Assembly (NCBI GenBank): GCA_045660765.1
Contig: JAZREK010000026.1
Span: 360-64,359 of the forward strand
Reading direction: 5' to 3'
From: Clostridia bacterium
GTDB lineage: Bacteria; Bacillota; Clostridia; UMGS1883
Length of the DNA: 64,000 nucleotides
The translations under genes and the position numbers were made by a program. Below are positions 57,834 to 64,000 of this stretch, piece after piece. Position 1 is the first letter of the stretch. Every line of letters begins with the position of its first letter. The notes below the pieces were generated by a model. The model saw only the letters and a list, made by a program, of their open reading frames with translations. It was not told the origin of the DNA and made no database searches.

Positions 57834-58727
57834 ATGCCAGAAGGATTAGGAGTAATTTTAACTATTTTAGCGATTTTTGTTATTCTTATAATTTCAAACA
57901 TCAAGATTGTTCCCCAGGCATATGCTTACGTAATCGAACGTCTTGGCGGATACCATTCAACATGGAGTGTAGGTCTTCATGTTAAGATTCCTTACATTGA
58001 CCGCATTTCAAAGCGTGTAAATCTTAAGGAACAGGTTGTTGACTTCCCTCCACAGCCGGTTATCACAAAAGATAACGTTTCAATGCAGATTGACACAGTT
58101 GTTTATTTCCAGATAACAGACCCCAAGCTTTACACATATGGTGTTGAAAGACCTATGATGGCGATTGAAAACCTCACCGCTACTACTCTTCGTAACATTA
58201 TCGGTGACCTTGACCTCGACGGAACTCTTACTTCACGTGATACCGTAAACACAAAGATGCGCGCTATTCTTGACGAAGCAACAGACCCCTGGGGTATTAA
58301 GATCAATCGTGTTGAGCTTAAAAACATTATTCCTCCCAGAGAAATACAAAACGCAATGGAAAAGCAGATGAAAGCAGAACGTGAACGCCGTGAAGCGATT
58401 CTTCGTGCAGAAGGTGAAAAGAAATCTTCAATCCTTATGGCAGAAGGTGAAAAAGAATCTGCTATCCTTCGCGCAGAAGCTAAAAAGCAGGCTGCAATCC
58501 GCGAAGCTGAAGGTGAAGCTGAAGCAATCATCGCAGTACAGACAGCTATTGCAGAGGGTATCAGAAAGATTAACGAAGCAGATCCCACACAGTCATATAT
58601 CGCAATCAAGTCACTTGAAACAATGGAAAAAGTCGCAGATGGTCAGGCAACAAAGATTATCATTCCTTCGGAAATGCAGTCACTTGCCGGACTTGCCGCA
58701 AGTTGCAAGGAACTTTTCAAAGGCTAA
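57834..58727 (+). CDS. SPFH/band-7 (stomatin-like) protein
   Basis: N-terminal TM, PHB domain, C-terminal coiled-coil Glu/Ala-rich repeats. Confidence 0.8.
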   Translation: MPEGLGVILTILAIFVILIISNIKIVPQAYAYVIERLGGYHSTWSVGLHVKIPYIDRISKRVNLKEQVVDFPPQPVITKDNVSMQIDTVVYFQITDPKLYTYGVERPMMAIENLTATTLRNIIGDLDLDGTLTSRDTVNTKMRAILDEATDPWGIKINRVELKNIIPPREIQNAMEKQMKAERERREAILRAEGEKKSSILMAEGEKESAILRAEAKKQAAIREAEGEAEAIIAVQTAIAEGIRKINEADPTQSYIAIKSLETMEKVADGQATKIIIPSEMQSLAGLAASCKELFKG

Positions 58728-58730
58728 AAC

Positions 58731-58766
58731 AAAAAAACCATTGGGATTATTCCCAATGGTTTTTTA
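58731..58766. terminator. Bidirectional terminator ACCATTGGGA/TCCCAATGGT flanked by A7 and T6
   Basis: 10-bp perfect stem between convergent genes. Confidence 0.8.
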
Positions 58767-59354
58767 TTATTTTATTACGCCTTCAATAAATATTTTCAAT
58801 CCGATAAGAATGAGTATAGCTCCACCGAAAAACGATGCTTTCTGTGCAAATTTCATACCAAACTTTTTACCTATAATTACACCTGCATAACAGATAAAAA
58901 ATGTAAGTCCTGCGATAATAGTCGCTGCTCCGAGTGCTTTTAATACGCCGTATTCAGCGATTGTGAAACCTACTGAAAGTGCATCTATTGATGTTGCAAC
59001 GCCCTGTACCATAAGTGCACCAAAGCCGAGAGCTTCGTTGCAAGAACACGCATCCTCTTCCTCGCAAAATCCTTCGCGAATCATACCGATACCTATGTAG
59101 AGAAGAAGTGCAAGCGCAATCCATGGAATGAAAGGCTCAAAAGCCTTAAACTTTTCCGCAATTGAATGCACACAGAACCAACCGATAAGTGGCATGAGTC
59201 CCTGATAAATCGCAAACACAAGAGCGATAAAGAATATCTTTTTTCTTTTCATACAAGGCTCACGAAGGCCATCGGCAAGCGATACAGAAAACGCATCCAT
59301 CGCAAGGCCAATTCCGAGAGCTGCATTTGTGAATATAAATCCGAAATCCATCAA
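58767..59354 (-). CDS. mntP: Manganese efflux pump MntP
   Basis: Duplicated DUF204 halves (GLAMDAFSVSLADG and ATSIDALSVGF). Confidence 0.8.
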   Translation of the reverse strand: MMDFGFIFTNAALGIGLAMDAFSVSLADGLREPCMKRKKIFFIALVFAIYQGLMPLIGWFCVHSIAEKFKAFEPFIPWIALALLLYIGIGMIREGFCEEEDACSCNEALGFGALMVQGVATSIDALSVGFTIAEYGVLKALGAATIIAGLTFFICYAGVIIGKKFGMKFAQKASFFGGAILILIGLKIFIEGVIK

Positions 59355-59407
59355 ATATTCTCCTTTGTCAAAATACTAAAATATATTAACACCCTTAATA
59401 AAAAATG

Positions 59408-59440
59408 TCAATAAAAAAGTCGGGATCTACCCGACTTTTT
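59408..59440 (-). terminator. Terminator AAGTCGGG/CCCGACTT plus a U-tract, after the Gfo/Idh/MocA gene
   Basis: 8-bp stem followed by TTTTTTATTG on the minus strand. A TTGACA-17-TAATAT promoter for mntP follows at 59360-59400. Confidence 0.65.
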
Positions 59441-59444
59441 TATA

Positions 59445-60299
59445 TTAAAATCTGTTTATCTTTTCTTCTTTTTTGCTTGTAAGTGAACGATCAATTGCAT
59501 TCATAATGAATACGGATGCTATAAAGTCATCATAGGTTTCTGTCATCTCTCCACCTGTAAGGAGTTTGTAGTATTCGTCAAACTCGGTTTCAAAGCATCC
59601 TTCAAGTCCGTATTCGGAGAAAACACCATATTTCTCACAGCTGATACCAGCATAGAATGCATCGTTGTTTTCAACCATCTGCAAGTTAACATCATAATCA
59701 TCATATCGTACTACGGTGTTTATAACATCGCCATTCTCAAAAGACTGAACGCTGTTGGGATAATAGCCGAATATTTCAGCCATAACCTGAACAATATGCT
59801 GTGCATAGAAATAAATCCCACCATATTCGTTATTCATTTTGATTGTTGCTCTTAAAAGACCGCCGTAAATTTTACCGTAGGGCTTTTCTGCCGCAACTTT
59901 CTTAAGCTCCTTTACAAGCGGAGCAAACTTACATACTGTTCCGCCACAAACCTTGACATTATTTGAAACAAGCTCTTCGCGGAGTTTAAGAGCTTCCTCC
60001 TCACTATTTACAATAGGTTTATCAATAAACATCGGAATACCTGATTTCAAGTAAGGCTTTGCAAATTCGTAATGCTTTCCGCCGTGACGTGCAACGATTA
60101 CAACACCGTCAATCTTCCCTACAAATTCGTCGTAGTTTTCAGCAACATAAACGCCGTATTTTTCATTAAGTTTCTGCGCAGCTTCTTTTTCTTCACTGTA
60201 TACGCCAACAACTTCCACATCGGGATAATCTTTATTGATAAACTCAATAAACATATTTGCATGAGAGTTTTCACAACCGAGTATTGCTATCTTATACAT
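59445..60299 (-). CDS. Gfo/Idh/MocA-family oxidoreductase
   Basis: N-terminal Rossmann motif IAILGCENSHA. Confidence 0.65.
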   Translation of the reverse strand: MYKIAILGCENSHANMFIEFINKDYPDVEVVGVYSEEKEAAQKLNEKYGVYVAENYDEFVGKIDGVVIVARHGGKHYEFAKPYLKSGIPMFIDKPIVNSEEEALKLREELVSNNVKVCGGTVCKFAPLVKELKKVAAEKPYGKIYGGLLRATIKMNNEYGGIYFYAQHIVQVMAEIFGYYPNSVQSFENGDVINTVVRYDDYDVNLQMVENNDAFYAGISCEKYGVFSEYGLEGCFETEFDEYYKLLTGGEMTETYDDFIASVFIMNAIDRSLTSKKEEKINRF

Positions 60300-60312
60300 T
60301 TTTTATCCTCCA

Positions 60313-61383
60313 TCAAAACTTAACTTCAAGCGGATTTTCTGCATGTGCGGTTTCTATTACGCTGATAATAGCTGCCGCGTGCTGAGGTGTTACGCGAAGT
60401 TCTTTACCGCTTGTTATATAGTCATACATATCCTGATAATAAGAGCTTGTAGCAATCATGACAAAGTCGCCTTCAAATTCGCCACTTTCTTCATGAGTAA
60501 TAAGATTTTCAGAACAATATATAGGATATCCCTCTTCATTTTCAAGCGGAGCAAGAACTAAAGGACGTTCAGGATTTTCACCATCAACTATGTACTTCAT
60601 CTCGTACTTTGCTACTGTTGAAGCATATGTTCCCTTTGAACCGAGAATCTTGATAGTGCTTGCAGGATAAGCGTCATTATTGTTAATTTCAAGGTCGATG
60701 ACAGGTTTGCCGGGTGCTGCAAGAATAATTTTCGCATAATCGTCGGAGTCACCACTTGACATAACGTGAGCAAGACTTGAAAATGCAACGCGGAAGTTCT
60801 CATCAAAATCAAGATAACCAAGCGCAAAGCCAATAGGATGCGGACCTGTATTGTAGATATTGCCACCCATTGTTACCTGAGCACACTGCCAGTCCCATCT
60901 TCTTGAAAAGCCGCTGAAAGTAATATCAATCTGCTTGATTTCGCCAAGTTTTCCGCTTGCGATTACTTCCTGTGATTTCAAGTAGTAAGGAGTAAGGAAT
61001 GTCTGCTGGAACACGCCAAGCTTAACACCTTTTTCCTTGGCAAGTCTGATGAGCGCATCACATTCATATCTTGTGCGCGCAAACGGTTTTTCCACAAGAA
61101 CATTGAAGCCATTTTCAATAAGGTCTTTCGCAACCTGAAAATGTTCATCCGAAATTGTGGAGTTTACTACAAGATCTATATCTTCTCTTCCATAAAGTTC
61201 CTGATAAGAAGCAAAAACTTCACATCCGGGATATTCAAAGAGAGCTCTTTCTCTTCTTCTTGCATCGCGGTCAACAACTGCAACAACATTGTAAAGTTCA
61301 GTTCCGAGCTCCTTAAAATACTTTCCATGGATGTCACGTCCGCTTCTACCCTGACCGATTATTGCAACGTTTAATTTTTTCAT
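60313..61383 (-). CDS. Gfo/Idh/MocA-family oxidoreductase
   Basis: Start at the ATG at 61383 (MKKLNVAIIGQGRSG) with a GGAGG SD. Confidence 0.7.
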   Translation of the reverse strand: MKKLNVAIIGQGRSGRDIHGKYFKELGTELYNVVAVVDRDARRRERALFEYPGCEVFASYQELYGREDIDLVVNSTISDEHFQVAKDLIENGFNVLVEKPFARTRYECDALIRLAKEKGVKLGVFQQTFLTPYYLKSQEVIASGKLGEIKQIDITFSGFSRRWDWQCAQVTMGGNIYNTGPHPIGFALGYLDFDENFRVAFSSLAHVMSSGDSDDYAKIILAAPGKPVIDLEINNNDAYPASTIKILGSKGTYASTVAKYEMKYIVDGENPERPLVLAPLENEEGYPIYCSENLITHEESGEFEGDFVMIATSSYYQDMYDYITSGKELRVTPQHAAAIISVIETAHAENPLEVKF

Positions 61384-61512
61384 CCTGTCAAACCTCCGTA
61401 AGAATAGTCTATAGAATAAGAATAAACTATATTTTTTAGAAAGCAAATACAAAAAAATATGTTTTTACATTGCAAAAAGTGTGATATTGATATATAATCC
61501 TATTGAAAGGAT

Positions 61513-62349
61513 GTGAACACCTTGCAAACTGTGATTTCTTCATTTGAAAACGATAAAATTTTATACAACCATGCTTTCACTACGTCTCCTGCCGACAATA
61601 GCCTTGGTTTCCATATGCACGATATTTGCGAACTGATTTTTCTGAAAAAAGGTAAAGTTTCAGGTATGATTGGCGATAAGATTTATAAGATCAGAAAAAA
61701 CTCTATAATGATTTTCAGAGCAAATACGCCACATAAAATCATATTTGAAGATAACTCGACTTACGAGCGCTATGACATTCTTTTTGACGAAAACATTCTC
61801 GGTAACAAGGTCTTTGACAGAATTTCAAAAAAGCTTTGCTGTATTGATTGCAACGGCAACAGCCGTATTATTGACCTATTCAGCAAAATGGATTTTTACA
61901 GTCAGAATTTCGTCGGTGAAGATTTAGGACTTTTGCTTACAAATGTAATTGAAGAGCTTTTGTTCAACCTTTCTATATCCCCTTCCGATGATTTTGAAAA
62001 CGAACTGGCGAGTTTACACCCGACAATAGCAAGTGCCATCAAGTACATTAACGAACATTATTGCGAGCAGATTTCGATTGACGAAATGGCAACATATTTA
62101 TATACAAATAAGAGTCATCTGCACCACTTATTTTCGAAGAATTTACAAATTACACCTAAAAAGTACATAAATATCAGGCGACTTGCAAAAGCGCAAAAGC
62201 TTATAAGAATGGGAGAAAAACCGAGTGTGATTTTTTCATCGTGCGGATTTAGTGATTATGCGACATTTTTCAGAAATTACACAACATATTTTGGTTATAC
62301 GCCATCGCAAGAAAATGAAATTATAGCAAACAGAAAAATTGAACTTTAA
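61513..62349 (+). CDS. AraC-family transcriptional regulator
   Basis: Cupin-like N-terminus plus C-terminal AraC HTH. Confidence 0.75.
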   Translation: MNTLQTVISSFENDKILYNHAFTTSPADNSLGFHMHDICELIFLKKGKVSGMIGDKIYKIRKNSIMIFRANTPHKIIFEDNSTYERYDILFDENILGNKVFDRISKKLCCIDCNGNSRIIDLFSKMDFYSQNFVGEDLGLLLTNVIEELLFNLSISPSDDFENELASLHPTIASAIKYINEHYCEQISIDEMATYLYTNKSHLHHLFSKNLQITPKKYINIRRLAKAQKLIRMGEKPSVIFSSCGFSDYATFFRNYTTYFGYTPSQENEIIANRKIEL

Positions 62350-62363
62350 AGAGGATCACACAA

Positions 62364-62703
62364 ATGCAGAACATAAAAATTACAGACGTAAGGCATCAAA
62401 AAGGCGATTCGGGATTTTTAATTGATGATGGCAAAACCAGTATTTTGTACGATTCCGGATTCGGGTTTACGGGGTTTGATTTTTCTCGACAACATGTTGT
62501 CTGTGGCAGAAAATACAGCGCAGGATTTTATAAAAAACATTAAAGACGGAAAATCATCCGATGAAATTATACAAAGCGTAAAAGACAGATATTGGCACGG
62601 ATACATAAAAGAGATTTACCCTGAAGATGCAATAAATCTTAATACAAGAATTATGATTGAACTTATTAAAAAAGAATTGATACAACAGGAGGAGTCAAAA
62701 TGA
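62364..62703 (+). pseudogene. Possible frameshifted or degenerate small gene
   Basis: The ATG at 62364 opens a 59-codon frame (MQNIKITDVRHQKGDSGFLIDDGKTSILYDSGFGFTG...) that stops at 62541. A different frame (62422..62703) continues to the isochorismatase start. The two frames read as a plausible single protein only if a frameshift occurs near 62480-62540. Confidence 0.25.
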
Positions 62704-63206
62704 AATATTTAATCGTAGTTGATATGCAGAACGACTTTATTACAGGAGCGCTCGGGAGCAAGCTTGCCGAAGCAATTGTTCCCAACGTCGTTAAGAAAGT
62801 AGAAAATTTTAACGGTAGGGTTATTTTTACAAGAGATACTCATTTTGAAGATTATCTTGACACACAGGAGGGAAAAAAGCTTCCCGTAAAGCACTGTATA
62901 AAAGATACTGACGGTTGGCAGATTTGTGATGAACTTAAAGGTTTTGCAAACGACGTTGTTGACAAAATCACGTTCGGAAGCATAAACTTACCACATATTC
63001 TGAAAAATTCCGATAGCGAAATTGAGGAAATTGAGCTTTGTGGATTGTGTACGGATATCTGCGTAATTTCTAACGCAATGATTTTGAAAGCAACTTTCCC
63101 CGAGGTTAAAATTACTGTTGACGGCACTTGTTGTGCAGGTGTAAGCGTAGAAAGTCACAACACCGCGCTTGACGCAATGCGCGCAGTACAGATAGAGGTT
63201 ATTTAA
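62700..63206 (+). CDS. Isochorismatase-family cysteine hydrolase (nicotinamidase-like)
   Basis: LIVVDMQNDF...CGLCTDICV catalytic Cys motif. Confidence 0.75.
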   Translation: MKYLIVVDMQNDFITGALGSKLAEAIVPNVVKKVENFNGRVIFTRDTHFEDYLDTQEGKKLPVKHCIKDTDGWQICDELKGFANDVVDKITFGSINLPHILKNSDSEIEEIELCGLCTDICVISNAMILKATFPEVKITVDGTCCAGVSVESHNTALDAMRAVQIEVI

Positions 63207-63218
63207 GGAGCATTACCG

Positions 63219-63902
63219 ATGAGAACAAGAGTGTTTTACACGGAAATTTCATATATCTTGGGGCTTATAATTATGGCATTTGGTGCGGCGTTTACCGAGC
63301 TGGCTAATTTCGGAATGTCCATGGTAGTTGCTCCTACATACGCCCTGCACTTAAAATTGGTAGAAATTCTTCCTTGGTTTTCCTTTGGTGTGGCAGAATA
63401 CTTTGTTCAGGGTATAATTATCGTTATTATTGCAGTTGTAATGCGCAAATTCAAGGTGTCGTATTTATTATCATTCGTTACAGCAATTCTTTACGGAACA
63501 GTTCTTGACGGTGCGATATATCTTCTTTCCTACCTTCCACAGGAGCTTTTTGCGATACGTATACTGTGGTTTATAGTTGGTACTTTGTGTTGTGCTACGG
63601 CAGTTTCGCTTTTCTTTCATACATATTTGTCACCCGAAGCGTACGAATTGATTGTGAAAGAATTTTCCAAGAAGTTTTCTTGTAATATCAATAAAGTTAA
63701 AACAATTTATGATTGTATAAGTACACTTATCGCGCTTATATTTTCGTTTTCATTCTTCGGATGGTTTGTCTTCCGCGGAGTCGGATTCGGCACAATAATC
63801 TGCGCGCTGATAAACGGTAGTTTAATCGGGAAAATTTCCGCGTACCTCGATAGCAGATTTGAATTCAAAAACAAATTTAACATTCAAAAATGGTTTGAGT
63901 AA
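63219..63902 (+). CDS. YczE/YitT-like polytopic membrane protein
   Basis: 6-7 TM; the family call is tentative. Confidence 0.4.
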   Translation: MRTRVFYTEISYILGLIIMAFGAAFTELANFGMSMVVAPTYALHLKLVEILPWFSFGVAEYFVQGIIIVIIAVVMRKFKVSYLLSFVTAILYGTVLDGAIYLLSYLPQELFAIRILWFIVGTLCCATAVSLFFHTYLSPEAYELIVKEFSKKFSCNINKVKTIYDCISTLIALIFSFSFFGWFVFRGVGFGTIICALINGSLIGKISAYLDSRFEFKNKFNIQKWFE

Positions 63903-63907
63903 ACTAA

Positions 63908-63944
63908 AAAGAGAGATACAAAACGTATCTCTCTTTTTTATTTG
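63908..63944 (+). terminator. Terminator AGAGAGATAC/GTATCTCTCT plus T-run
   Basis: 10-bp perfect stem followed by TTTTTTATTT. Confidence 0.8.
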
Positions 63945-64000
63945 GCAGGGGTAGAACGACCAAGCCGCTTCGCGTCTTTCCTGCTTGCTCACCCAAATGC

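Noticed and set aside
59355-59416. Looked for a yybP-ykoY manganese riboswitch upstream of mntP
   Set aside because: Only ~60 nt separate the mntP start from the upstream terminator. This is enough for a TTGACA-17-TAATAT promoter but not for the ~100-nt aptamer, and no conserved riboswitch motifs were seen.
63943-64000. tRNA or tmRNA start at the window edge
   Set aside because: GCAGGGG-U8 could start an acceptor stem, but no canonical D-arm follows and no T-arm (GGTTCGAATCC) appears. The reverse complement also lacks a CCA/T-loop arrangement.
1-64000. CRISPR arrays, IS elements, integrases, rRNA
   Set aside because: No direct-repeat/spacer periodicity, terminal inverted repeats, or transposase, integrase or recombinase ORFs were seen. 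The tandem GT2 genes are diverged paralogs, not repeats.

Overview
This is a low-GC window from a spore-forming Firmicute (Clostridia-like; ytfJ/DUF2953, scpAB, ecfA1A2T, feoAB and truA are present). It is almost entirely coding, and most genes lie on the minus strand.

The dominant feature is a ~24-kb polysaccharide-biosynthesis locus, uninterrupted on the minus strand at ~1367-25584. It encodes an initiating phosphoglycosyltransferase, a Wzx flippase, a Wzy polymerase, two Wzz/PCP-like paralogs, six GT2/GT4/GT32 glycosyltransferases, a dispersed GtrA/GtrB/GT-C-like side-chain glycosylation module, O-acetyltransferases, a YdjC deacetylase and a metallophosphoesterase. A cyclic-di-GMP toolkit is embedded in the locus: a sensor diguanylate cyclase with an intact GGDEF motif, two EAL phosphodiesterases (one of them TM-degenerate-GGDEF-EAL), and a Wzz-like co-polymerase fused to a degenerate GGDEF domain (NGSF in place of GGEEF).

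Between the cyclase and the first EAL gene there is a perfect sigma-A promoter, then a 5' leader matching the core of the c-di-GMP-I (GEMM) riboswitch (GCAAAACC-GNRA hairpin-GACGCAAAGC), then a terminator-like hairpin. I read the locus as a candidate Wzx/Wzy exopolysaccharide system controlled by c-di-GMP at several levels.

The rest of the window is housekeeping and accessory genes. These include dtd, uxaC, a nagA/sugar-kinase/PrpD-family operon, feoAB with a FeoB-associated Cys-rich peptide, and ECF transporter components. There is also a heterodimeric ABC exporter pair with unusual N-terminal extensions plus a DUF1854 gene, a GH26-like secreted hydrolase, an NfeD/SPFH pair, mntP, two Gfo/Idh/MocA oxidoreductases and two AraC regulators. 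The feoAB operon carries two DtxR/IdeR-like palindromic boxes rather than Fur boxes. No CRISPR array, rRNA or tRNA genes were found.
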